A DNA stretch of 64,000 bases from Spirochaetota bacterium. GTDB taxonomy: Bacteria; Spirochaetota; UBA6919; CBDBPB01. The first letter of the stretch is position 1. Every line of letters begins with the position of its first letter. Shown here in pieces: positions 32,125 through 40,580 of this stretch. The stretch lies in contig CBDBPB010000002.1 in NCBI GenBank assembly GCA_965208615.1, positions 1-64,000 of the forward strand. Direction: 5' to 3'. The notes beneath the pieces are model-generated. The model had not been told where the DNA came from. It worked only from the letters and a program-made list of their open reading frames with translations, and did not search any database. Position numbers and translations under genes: made by a program.

Positions 32125-32260
32125 TTTTAGTCCTAATACCCACCGCCACAAGGTGGTGGCACAGCAAAGTGGGTACACCTAGTGGGATTTAAAGTTATTC
32201 AAAGTGATAAATTTTGTCATTTTAGATAAAAGTTTTAGTCTCCAATAGTGGGGTTTAAAG
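32124..32260 (+). CRISPR. Degenerate intergenic mini-array (interrupted repeat - 37-nt spacer - repeat); candidate crRNA-like regulatory RNA
   Basis: GTTTTAGTCCTAATA (32124-32138), 41-nt insert, TAGTGGGATTTAAAG (32180-32194), spacer 32195-32231, GTTTTAGTCTCCAATAGTGGGGTTTAAAG (32232-32260; 27/29 to array consensus). Confidence 0.85.
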
Positions 32261-32271
32261 GAGATTATATA

Positions 32272-32766
32272 GTGACTTCTACTTATGTTACGGGCATACA
32301 GGTTAATTATTATCATATTTGCCTTAGGAAGTTGTGGCTATTTTCTCATAACATACAGATGGAGCATAATAGTCAGGCAGTTAGTATGGGAAAGGTTATT
32401 CATGACACGTTTTATAGGCGTAAGAGAAAAGAGATTAGGATTGAAGGCATAAAGATAGACTTTTTTGATGCTAAAAATGCTATGATCCACGAGGTTAAGA
32501 AGTCGAGGGCAATGAGTGACTCTCACATTTGGCAAATGAGATATTATCTTTATTTTTTAAAAGGGCTTGGGGTTAATGTATCAGGCATGATTAACTATCC
32601 GTTATTGAGAAAGAGAGAGAGGGTTGAGCTTAATAGCCAAGACATTGTCTATTTGGATAAGGTTTTATTAGATATACAGAGTATTGTGTCTAGGAGTAAT
32701 ATACCAGAGGTTATTAACAAAAAGCTTTGTAAGAGATGTAGTTATTATGATCTTTGTTATGTTTGA
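32272..32766 (+). CDS. cas4: CRISPR-associated exonuclease Cas4
   Basis: TGIQVNYYHICLRKLWLF, KIDF, HEVKKS, QMRYYL, CKRCSYYDLC; GTG start 8 nt after AAGGAG. Confidence 0.95.
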   Translation: MTSTYVTGIQVNYYHICLRKLWLFSHNIQMEHNSQAVSMGKVIHDTFYRRKRKEIRIEGIKIDFFDAKNAMIHEVKKSRAMSDSHIWQMRYYLYFLKGLGVNVSGMINYPLLRKRERVELNSQDIVYLDKVLLDIQSIVSRSNIPEVINKKLCKRCSYYDLCYV

Positions 32767-32772
32767 GGCACT

Positions 32773-33759
32773 ATGAGGGACTATTATATTTTTCGTTCTG
32801 GACGATTAAGGCGTAAGGATAAGTCTTTGATGTTTATTTATATGGATGATGGGTCTAAAAGGTATAAGCCTATTCCCATAAAGGATGTGGACACTATCCA
32901 TATTTTTGGTGAGATGGGTATAAACACAAAGCTCATTAACTTTTTATCTCAGAGGCGTATAGCTCTTCATATATTTAATTACTATGGATTTTATTCTGGT
33001 AATTTTTATCCTAGGGACTACTTAAATGCAGGGGATATTGTAGTAAGGCAGGTTAGTCACTATTTGGATTATGAAAAGCGATTATTTATAGCAAAAGAGA
33101 TGGTAAAGGGTGGGATTTATGGTATTATCAATAATTTAAAGCGTTATTTAGGGGATTGTGAGTTATTAGGTTCAGTTATTAATCTTGAGGATAGCATTGA
33201 TAAACAGGGTAAGATCCCCTCTCTTATGGGTATTGAGGGTAATATTCGTGATCTTTATTACAAGTCGTTTAATTACATAATAAAGCAGGACATTGATTTT
33301 AAAAAGAGGGTTAAGCATCCCCCTGACAACTGGATAAATGCCATAATATCGTTTGTAAATAGTTTGGTATACACAGAGGTTTTGAGGGCATTATATAGAA
33401 CACAGTTAAATCCTACGGTTAGCTATTTACACGAGCCATTTTACCGTAGATATTCTTTATCTTTGGACATAGCGGAGATATTTAAGCCAATACTGGGAGA
33501 TAGATTGATTTTTTCATTATTAAACAACAATCAGCTTAAAAAAAGTCATTTTGATAAGACATTAAACTTTAGTTATTTAAAAGAGCCAGGACGAAAGATA
33601 GTGGTTACGGAGTGGGATAAGAGGCTTAGGGACACGATTTACCATAAGCAGTTAAAGAAGAAAGTTAGTTACAGGCGTTTAGTTAGGCTGGAGGCATATA
33701 AGCTAATTAAGCATTTGTTAGGTGAGGAAGAGTATAAGAGTTTACGTATTTGGTGGTGA
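32773..33759 (+). CDS. cas1: Type I-B Cas1 integrase
   Basis: YYIFRSGRLRRKD, FNYYGFYSG, LMGIEG, NAIISFVNSLVY, SYLHEP, LSLDIAEIFKP. Confidence 0.98.
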   Translation: MRDYYIFRSGRLRRKDKSLMFIYMDDGSKRYKPIPIKDVDTIHIFGEMGINTKLINFLSQRRIALHIFNYYGFYSGNFYPRDYLNAGDIVVRQVSHYLDYEKRLFIAKEMVKGGIYGIINNLKRYLGDCELLGSVINLEDSIDKQGKIPSLMGIEGNIRDLYYKSFNYIIKQDIDFKKRVKHPPDNWINAIISFVNSLVYTEVLRALYRTQLNPTVSYLHEPFYRRYSLSLDIAEIFKPILGDRLIFSLLNNNQLKKSHFDKTLNFSYLKEPGRKIVVTEWDKRLRDTIYHKQLKKKVSYRRLVRLEAYKLIKHLLGEEEYKSLRIWW

Positions 33760-33762
33760 ATT

Positions 33763-34044
33763 ATGTTTGTAATAGGAGCTTATGACGTATCAACAGTGGA
33801 CAAGGCAGGGAGAGCAAGGTTACCGAAGTTGATGAAGTTGATGAGGCAATATTTGCATCATAGTCAGAGGTCGGTTTTTGAGGGTGAGATAACAGAAGGA
33901 GATTTATTGGAATTACGTAAGTCCATTAATAAAATAATTAATAAGGATGAGGATTATGTAGTTATATTTAAGGTAGCCAACCATAAAAATGTAAAGCGAG
34001 AGAATCTTGGTATAGAGTTTGATCCTGGGGATGTAATAATATAA
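33763..34044 (+). CDS. cas2: Cas2
   Basis: VIGAYDVS, YLHHSQRSVFEGEIT. Confidence 0.96.
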   Translation: MFVIGAYDVSTVDKAGRARLPKLMKLMRQYLHHSQRSVFEGEITEGDLLELRKSINKIINKDEDYVVIFKVANHKNVKRENLGIEFDPGDVII

Positions 34045-34122
34045 AAAGCATGATTGGAGGTTTGGGAATAAATTTAAGAAATGGTATATATAATTATATG
34101 TTATATAATAATTTGTGGATGG
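34045..34122 (+). promoter_or_regulatory. Probable CRISPR leader
   Basis: AT-rich non-coding gap between cas2 and first repeat; repeat orientation (3' ATTTAAAG) places the leader here. Confidence 0.55.
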
Positions 34123-34347
34123 GTTTTAGTCGCCAATAGTGGGATTTAAAGATCGTGTATACTATTGCCTTCACTCAAATAATATATGGTTTTAGTCGCC
34201 AATAGTGGGATTTAAAGAGAGAATTGGATATTAAAACTTAGAACAATCATAGTGTTTTAGTCGCCAATAGTGGGATTTAAAGGATGTCTTCTTTGTCAAT
34301 AGTGTCTTTGCACATTTTGTTTTAGTCGCCAATAGTGGGATTTAAAG
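34123..34347 (+). CRISPR. CRISPR array, 4 identical 29-bp repeats and 3 spacers (37, 36, 36 nt)
   Basis: GTTTTAGTCGCCAATAGTGGGATTTAAAG at 34123, 34189, 34254, 34319. Confidence 0.98.
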
Positions 34348-34367
34348 GCAACATAGTTGCTTTTAAA
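34341..34367 (+). terminator. Hairpin/terminator overlapping the 3' end of the last repeat
   Basis: TTTAAAGGCAAC-ATA-GTTGCTTTTAAA. Confidence 0.55.
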
Positions 34368-34533
34368 TAAGATAGATATATGCTATCTATATAAAGATTT
34401 AAAGCCAATACTGTTAAAACACAAATCAACTTATACTTTATAAAAACTAATAAATATTGACCAACAATATAATATTAAATATCTTTTCTTAAATCCCTTA
34501 TAATTGCCTCTCAATATCTATAATGGTACACCA

Positions 34534-35598
34534 ATGCACAAAATAGCAATCATAACTATAAATAATCCAGGACTAAACTCGGCTCTTAAACTACTAAATA
34601 TACTAAATACACATTATAAACCAGATAAAATTGCAGTCTTTTATAAAAAGGATAGCATAATTAACAATAACAAAAACCTAATCCCGTTCAATAACATAGA
34701 TGATATACTATCAGAGGCTTGGACTAACTTTAATATTATAATATGCTTTTTGGCAACCGGGATAGTCATTAGAAAAATAGCCCATAAGCTTAAATCTAAA
34801 ACATCTGATCCAGCAGTACTTGTTATGAGTTTCGACCTAACACAAGTTGTACCCCTAATATCAGGACATATAGGCGGTGCCAATGAGTTTGCACTAAAAC
34901 TAGAACGCATAATACCAAATTGTAAAAGCTTTATATCCACAGCTACAGACCAAACTAATGTATTCGCCTTTGATCTATTCGCAAAAGATCAAAACTTCAC
35001 AATAGAAAATATAAATAAATTAGCAGTTGTATCAAACCAACTCATTAATAATCAACAAGTTAATGTGTTTACTTATCCCACTATTTTTGAGCTAATAAAA
35101 AAGTATAAACAATATTCCAACAAAATTATATTTAAAAATATAGATGATGTTAATAATCAGGATAAGCCTTTATCAGTAAGCATATCCCCCTTTAATATAC
35201 AAAATCATAAACAACTTATAATCCGCATTCCCTCAATATATATTGGCATAGGACTAAATAAAAATACGCCTTTTAAGACTCTAATCAAGGCATTACACCT
35301 TTTTACTCTAGAACATAGCCTAAATATAAATGATATAACTAAAATAGGCTCATTCAAAGAAAAAGAAAATGAACCAGGTCTAAAAGAATTATCAGAACAC
35401 CTATCAATACCAATAACCTTTTTATCCGCAGATAGTATAAACTCTGTTGACTATAACTTATCCGATTCGGCAGCCAATAAGTTCTTTAATATAAAAGGCG
35501 TTGCTGAACCATCGGCTATTATAACATCCAAGCATAAAACCCTATTTCTAAAAAAACACTCCTATTTTAGAGAGGTAACCATAGCCTCTGCTTTTTAA
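34534..35598 (+). CDS. cbiG: Cobalt-precorrin-5A hydrolase CbiG
   Basis: ATGIVIRKIA..KSKTSDPAV, LISGHIGGANE, ISTATD, KENEPGL, GVAEPSA; start uncertain. Confidence 0.9.
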   Translation: MHKIAIITINNPGLNSALKLLNILNTHYKPDKIAVFYKKDSIINNNKNLIPFNNIDDILSEAWTNFNIIICFLATGIVIRKIAHKLKSKTSDPAVLVMSFDLTQVVPLISGHIGGANEFALKLERIIPNCKSFISTATDQTNVFAFDLFAKDQNFTIENINKLAVVSNQLINNQQVNVFTYPTIFELIKKYKQYSNKIIFKNIDDVNNQDKPLSVSISPFNIQNHKQLIIRIPSIYIGIGLNKNTPFKTLIKALHLFTLEHSLNINDITKIGSFKEKENEPGLKELSEHLSIPITFLSADSINSVDYNLSDSAANKFFNIKGVAEPSAIITSKHKTLFLKKHSYFREVTIASAF

Positions 35599-35698
35599 CA
35601 AAAATTAAATAAAATAAAATATAACTTCTTAAACAATATTTTACTATTTTTATATCATTGTTTAACAAAAATCAAAACTATATTAAGGAATAACAATT

Positions 35699-36673
35699 AT
35701 GCTCAACTTAATAAAAAAAGTAATACTAAACAAAAGAATACTAACTCTTATCGATATACTTATAAGCCCTTTTGTTTTTATTAGTTCTTATCTTTTTCTG
35801 TTTATAAGAAGAGTAGAAATCCATAGAATGAAAATAAGTAAAAAAGTGTTCTTAAAAACCGGTATCTATCCAATAATGGACCACTACTATGAACCTCTTT
35901 TTAATCCAGCTCATCTAAGTAAGTCATTACGAGAAGATAGAGTATTACCTGGCCTGGATTTTAATACTAAACAACAACTTAATATGTTAAAAAACTTTAA
36001 TTATAATGATGAGTTAATACAATTTCCATCAGAAAAAAAAGACGATCTTAACTTCTATTACAATAATGACTCCTTTGCACCTGGAGATTCTGAATATCTG
36101 TATAATATGGTCCGTTTTTTAAAACCAAAGCAAATTATTGAAATTGGTTGTGGACATTCAACTTTAATGGCTTGTAATGCTATTAAACAAAATAAACAAG
36201 AAAATACAAACTATAAATGTCAGCAAGTTTGTATAGAACCTTATGAAAACCCATGGTTAGATAAACTAGATATAAAAATAATCCGAAAGAAAGTAGAACA
36301 AGTCGACTATTCAATGTTTAATTCTTTAGAAAAAAATGATATTCTTTTTATCGACTCCTCACACATGATAAGACCTCAAGGAGATATTTTATTAATATAT
36401 TTAACAATACTACCAATGCTAAAAAAAGGAGTATATGTCCATATTCATGATATATTTACGCCAAAAGATTATCTCGATAAATGGATTTTAGAAAATGTAT
36501 ACTTTTGGAATGAGCAGTATTTAGTCGAAGCATTACTCAGTATGAATAAAGAGTATAAAATAATTGGTGCCTTAAACTTCTTAAAACATAATTACTTTGA
36601 AAAACTTTTAGAAAAGTGTCCTATGTTGAAAGAAGATAATGAACCTGGATCACTGTGGATAGTAAGAAATTAA
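35699..36673 (+). CDS. Class I SAM-dependent methyltransferase (Methyltransf_24-like)
   Basis: KPKQIIEIGCGHST, DILFIDSSH, VHIHDIFTP, WNEQY. Confidence 0.85.
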   Translation: MLNLIKKVILNKRILTLIDILISPFVFISSYLFLFIRRVEIHRMKISKKVFLKTGIYPIMDHYYEPLFNPAHLSKSLREDRVLPGLDFNTKQQLNMLKNFNYNDELIQFPSEKKDDLNFYYNNDSFAPGDSEYLYNMVRFLKPKQIIEIGCGHSTLMACNAIKQNKQENTNYKCQQVCIEPYENPWLDKLDIKIIRKKVEQVDYSMFNSLEKNDILFIDSSHMIRPQGDILLIYLTILPMLKKGVYVHIHDIFTPKDYLDKWILENVYFWNEQYLVEALLSMNKEYKIIGALNFLKHNYFEKLLEKCPMLKEDNEPGSLWIVRN

Positions 36674-36790
36674 CCTAATATTTAGATAAAAAGCTCTATA
36701 ATGCAATCAATTGCTTTGCAAGATAATCCATCGTTATTAATTTATACAAATAAATAGATATTTTTTTTATTTAGCATAAAAAGGAAAACT

Positions 36791-37582
36791 ATGAAAGGAA
36801 AACTATATATTTTATCAACTGGTCCTGGTGATATAAGCTACCTAACACAAGATGCACTAAAAGCATTAGACGAATCACAAGTTATAGTAAGCTATAACAA
36901 ATACATCGACGATATAAAAACCCTTATACAAAATAAAACTATTATAACATCTGGTATGACAAAAGAGATAGACAGGTGTAATCAGGCAATAGATAATGCC
37001 TTATTAGGTATGACGGTATCATTAATATCCAACGGTGACAGCCATGTATACGGTCTTGGATCATTAGTTATTGAGCTAATAGACCAAAAAGACCTTTGGG
37101 ATAAGATAGACCTTAAGTCCATACCCGGTATAACAAGCTTTTTAGCTGTGGCCTCTAAAGTAGGTGCACCAATAAGTCAAGACTTCTCTATTATTAGTCT
37201 GTCAGACAGGTTAACACCAATAGACCTAATAGAAAAAAGAATTAGATGCTCACTAGATGCTGACTTTGTAATGGGTATATATAATCCCCTATCTAAAACG
37301 AGAATAAAGCCTTACGAGCTATTTTTAAGTATATTAAGTGAGTATAACATAGAAAAGCGTCCCATTATATTGGCCTCTAACATTGGACGTCCAACAGAAA
37401 AGATAATATTATCCTGTGCAGAAGAGCTAATCAAACAAGGTAGCAGTTATTCAGAGATAAGTATGTCCACTTTGATAATAGTTGGTAACAGCATATCAAG
37501 ATGGACTAAAAATAATATGGTGCTAACTCCAAGAGGCTATCTATCAAAGTATGACATAGACGGCAAATTAAAGTCATCTTAA
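36791..37582 (+). CDS. cobJ: Precorrin-3B C17-methyltransferase (CobJ/CbiH)
   Basis: GKLYILSTGPG, SGMTKEIDRC, PGIT, DFSIISLSDRLTP, IYNP, MSTLIIVGNS, TPRGY. Confidence 0.92.
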   Translation: MKGKLYILSTGPGDISYLTQDALKALDESQVIVSYNKYIDDIKTLIQNKTIITSGMTKEIDRCNQAIDNALLGMTVSLISNGDSHVYGLGSLVIELIDQKDLWDKIDLKSIPGITSFLAVASKVGAPISQDFSIISLSDRLTPIDLIEKRIRCSLDADFVMGIYNPLSKTRIKPYELFLSILSEYNIEKRPIILASNIGRPTEKIILSCAEELIKQGSSYSEISMSTLIIVGNSISRWTKNNMVLTPRGYLSKYDIDGKLKSS

Positions 37583-37597
37583 ACAAGGATAGCCTTT

Positions 37598-38350
37598 TTG
37601 AATCTTATATACGAGCTTAAAAAGCTATGTTATGCCCTAACCTTCTATACAATAATACCCTCTCCAATATATATCGACTATACAAAACATAAACTTAGCG
37701 ATGTATCTATGTACCTCCCTATAATTGGCTGGTTAGTAGGTTTATTCTCTTGGCTTGTATATTATGTTGCCCAACTTATATTACCGCAGTCAATAGCAGT
37801 TGTACTAAGTATAACATCCGCCATTATAATTACAGGGGGACTACACGAAGACGGTCTTGCCGACACCTGTGATGCCTTTGGAGGGGGATATAGCAAAGAT
37901 CAAATCCTAAATATAATGAAGGACTCATCAATAGGAGCCTTTGGAACAATAAGTCTAATCTTAGTAATTCTAATAAAGTACCTTAGCCTTATAGAGGTGA
38001 ATAACATTGCCTATACGTTAATAGCAGGACATTCTATTAGTAGGTATATCTGTATAACGTTTATGTATACCGATGTATATATACTAAAGGCTAATAGCAA
38101 GTGTAACATTAACTCTAAGCTATCTTTTACTAGGCTATTACTAGCCTCTTTTTTTGGTCTTATACCCCTTATACTTTATTACGACTACAAAGTTATTTTT
38201 ATATTAGTCCCCATGTTTATATTAAGACAATTGGCAAAATATATATTCATAAGAAAGATAGGCGGCTATACAGGGGACTTATTAGGAGCAGTACAACAAA
38301 TCTCAGAAGTATTATTTTATTTAATTATGGCATCATGGACATTTATTTAA
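37598..38350 (+). CDS. cobS: Adenosylcobinamide-GDP ribazoletransferase
   Basis: TGGLHEDGLADTCDAFGG, IMKDSSIGAFG, IGGYTGDLLGA. Confidence 0.95.
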   Translation: MNLIYELKKLCYALTFYTIIPSPIYIDYTKHKLSDVSMYLPIIGWLVGLFSWLVYYVAQLILPQSIAVVLSITSAIIITGGLHEDGLADTCDAFGGGYSKDQILNIMKDSSIGAFGTISLILVILIKYLSLIEVNNIAYTLIAGHSISRYICITFMYTDVYILKANSKCNINSKLSFTRLLLASFFGLIPLILYYDYKVIFILVPMFILRQLAKYIFIRKIGGYTGDLLGAVQQISEVLFYLIMASWTFI

Positions 38351-38916
38351 TTCGTCATACGTCTGTGGCTAATGATAATAACATTTGCTATGGACAAAGT
38401 AATATTCCTCTTTCTGATAGCTTTGTAGAAGAGGCTAAGGCTATAAAGAACTATCTATCTGATGATATACAGTTAATATCTAGTCCTAGTATTAGGTGTG
38501 TTAGGCTGTCTGAGTTTATAAGTCAGGGTGTGGTATATGATAATCGTCTTTTAGAACTTAACTTTGGTCTTTGGGAGGGTATGGAGTGGTCATCCATATC
38601 CAAAGGTGAAATTGAGTTGTGGGCTAAGGATATAATTTATAGACCTTGTCCTAATGGGGAGTGCTATAATGATCTTTATAAAAGAGCTACTTTATTTTGG
38701 GATAACATAAAAACTAAAACTTGCTATACTAAAATAGCTGTCATAACCCATAGTGGGGTTATAAGGTCTATTTTGTCATATATCCTTAACATCCCACTAG
38801 AAAATAGTTTTAATATATCCATTGATTTTGCAGGTATAAGCAAAATATCAATTTGTAATCAGTTTAGTAGGATTGAGTATATTAATATAAGTTATAATTT
38901 CTTAAAGAGGCTTTAG
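38335..38916 (+). CDS. cobC: Alpha-ribazole phosphatase (histidine phosphatase)
   Basis: IYLIRHT, SSPSIRC, ELNFGLWEG, VITHSGVIR; follows cobS. Confidence 0.88.
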   Translation: MDIYLIRHTSVANDNNICYGQSNIPLSDSFVEEAKAIKNYLSDDIQLISSPSIRCVRLSEFISQGVVYDNRLLELNFGLWEGMEWSSISKGEIELWAKDIIYRPCPNGECYNDLYKRATLFWDNIKTKTCYTKIAVITHSGVIRSILSYILNIPLENSFNISIDFAGISKISICNQFSRIEYINISYNFLKRL

Positions 38917-38950
38917 TATTTTTACGATAAAACATAAAAGGAGTTACTAG

Positions 38951-39181
38951 GTGATAGATGTTAAAGAAGCATCCCAAAGGTCAATCGAGTATCTAAAGGG
39001 ATTAATCGAAAAAATATATGAACTAACCCTTGAAGAAGTAGAGTTATCCGATGATGAACAGTTTTGGTTTGTAACCCTCGGATACAATAAAGAACAGGCA
39101 GGTTATTTAAGGGTATATAAACAAATTAAAATATTGGCAGAAGATGGTAAGTTTATATCGATGAAGAATATTAAAATGTAG
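38951..39181 (+). CDS. Small hypothetical protein (PepSY-like pattern)
   Basis: AGGAG RBS; LEEVELSDDEQFWFVTLGY...YKQIKI.AEDGKFISMK. Confidence 0.7.
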   Translation: MIDVKEASQRSIEYLKGLIEKIYELTLEEVELSDDEQFWFVTLGYNKEQAGYLRVYKQIKILAEDGKFISMKNIKM

Positions 39182-39193
39182 TATGGGGATAGT

Positions 39194-39847
39194 ATGGGTT
39201 TACTTAGTATTTATTTATTATTGGTATTTGGTATATTTGGCTGTAAGGAGAATACTAAATACTCTAGTGATACTCATAAGCACTCTTTTCAGGCGGATAA
39301 GTATGCTAAGATGTTTGAGTCTGACGAGAGAACTAAATGGCAAAAGCCAAATGAAGTGATTAGCTTAATGAATATAAAAAATGGTAATTATATTGCTGAT
39401 ATTGGTGCTGGTACTGGTTATTTTACAAGGCGTTTTGCAAGGGCAGTAGGTATAAATGGTAAGGCTATTGGTTTTGATATAGAGCCTAGTATGGTTAAAT
39501 ATATGAAAAGGGATGCCAATAAGCTTGGTTTAAAGAATTATGAGGCAGTTCTTGTTAACGCTAATAGTCCTAATTTAGGCAGGGCTTTTAATATTATTTT
39601 TATGTGTAACACCTATCATCACATTACTAACAGGGTTGATTATTTTAAAAGGCTCAAGTTATTTTTAAATAAAAACGGCAGATTAGTTATAGTAGATTTT
39701 ATGAAAAAGTCATTACCTGTTGGTCCACCGCTTGACTACAAGCTTTCAAGAGCTTATGTTGAAAAGGAGCTTAATAAAGCAGGATATAGGCTTATAAACC
39801 ATAAGGAGCTTACTTATCAATATTATTTGGAGTTTAAGTCTTTATAA
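39194..39847 (+). CDS. SAM-dependent methyltransferase with lipoprotein signal
   Basis: IFGC lipobox; ERTKWQKP, IADIGAGTGYFT, NTYHHI, GRLVIVDF..PVGPP. Confidence 0.85.
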   Translation: MGLLSIYLLLVFGIFGCKENTKYSSDTHKHSFQADKYAKMFESDERTKWQKPNEVISLMNIKNGNYIADIGAGTGYFTRRFARAVGINGKAIGFDIEPSMVKYMKRDANKLGLKNYEAVLVNANSPNLGRAFNIIFMCNTYHHITNRVDYFKRLKLFLNKNGRLVIVDFMKKSLPVGPPLDYKLSRAYVEKELNKAGYRLINHKELTYQYYLEFKSL

Positions 39848-39888
39848 TATTTCTTTTTGTTTTTAAGCTTGCTGTTTGCTATCTGTAA

Positions 39889-40035
39889 AAATTATTTATT
39901 AGTTTTCAAGTTATTGTATAAAGAATGCTGATCAGATTAGATTATAAGCATAATGGGTATTTATTATGATAAAAAAAGTTTTATTGTTTAATCTGTTAAT
40001 TATGGTATTTTTATTTGTACAACTTGATATATACG
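39889..40035 (+). repeat. 147-bp direct repeat copy 1 (upstream region and first codons of the vWA gene)
   Basis: Aligns ungapped to 42692-42838 with 6 mismatches by hand comparison. Confidence 0.92.
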
Positions 40036-40580
40036 ATCCATTTATTTTTGAATGGAAAGAAAGGAATTAGTAGTTATCAGCTTCAAAGAGAAATTAAAGG
40101 TAGCTACAAAACTTCTTGGAGAATGTTAAAACAAATACGACTCGCTATGAGTAATTTAGAATCTAAAAATATGTTTGAAACTATTGTAGAAATTGATGAA
40201 ACTTATGTAGGTGGGAAACCAAGAAAAAACAATGATAAGTTTTTGACTGGTAGTAAAAGAGGTCGTGGAACTAAAAAAAACACCAGTGGTAGGAATGGTA
40301 GAAAGGAACTCTAAAAAGGTGTATGCTAAAGTTTCTTTACCTAACAGGGAAGGTCAAAAGTTGGCTGGGAAGCAGCTTTTAGATATATTAAATAAAGTTA
40401 AAAAAAGATTCAATTGTTATTTCAGATGAGGTTAGAAGTTATAGAAAGCTTGAAAAGAGTGATAAGTTTTTACATTTGGTAGTTGGTCATACTAAAAACT
40501 ATGAAAATGAGTTTTGCTTTAGATATAACAATTTAAATAGAAATATGTTTGATATAGTTTTGAGGCAAGGAATTTTATGA
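40030..40580 (+). pseudogene. IS1595-family DDE transposase remnant
   Basis: IHLFLNGKKGISSYQLQREI..YKTSWRML..IR, VEIDETYVGGK, KRGRGT, later frames SDE..SY and EFCFRYN; N-terminus missing, frameshifts and deletion. Confidence 0.88.

Noticed and set aside
32248-32271. ORF-track start of cas4 at 32248
   Set aside because: Lies inside the repeat; GTG at 32272 has a well-spaced SD and matches the usual Cas4 N-terminus.
34152-34318. Self-targeting by the three array spacers
   Set aside because: No match seen in this window by eye; a genome-wide search is needed.
34348-34503. Cobalamin riboswitch upstream of cbiG
   Set aside because: No B12-box or conserved riboswitch motifs visible; region is short and AT-rich.
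40015-40314. 99-aa ORF as an intact gene
   Set aside because: Chimeric frame running from the duplicated segment into an IS1595 transposase fragment.
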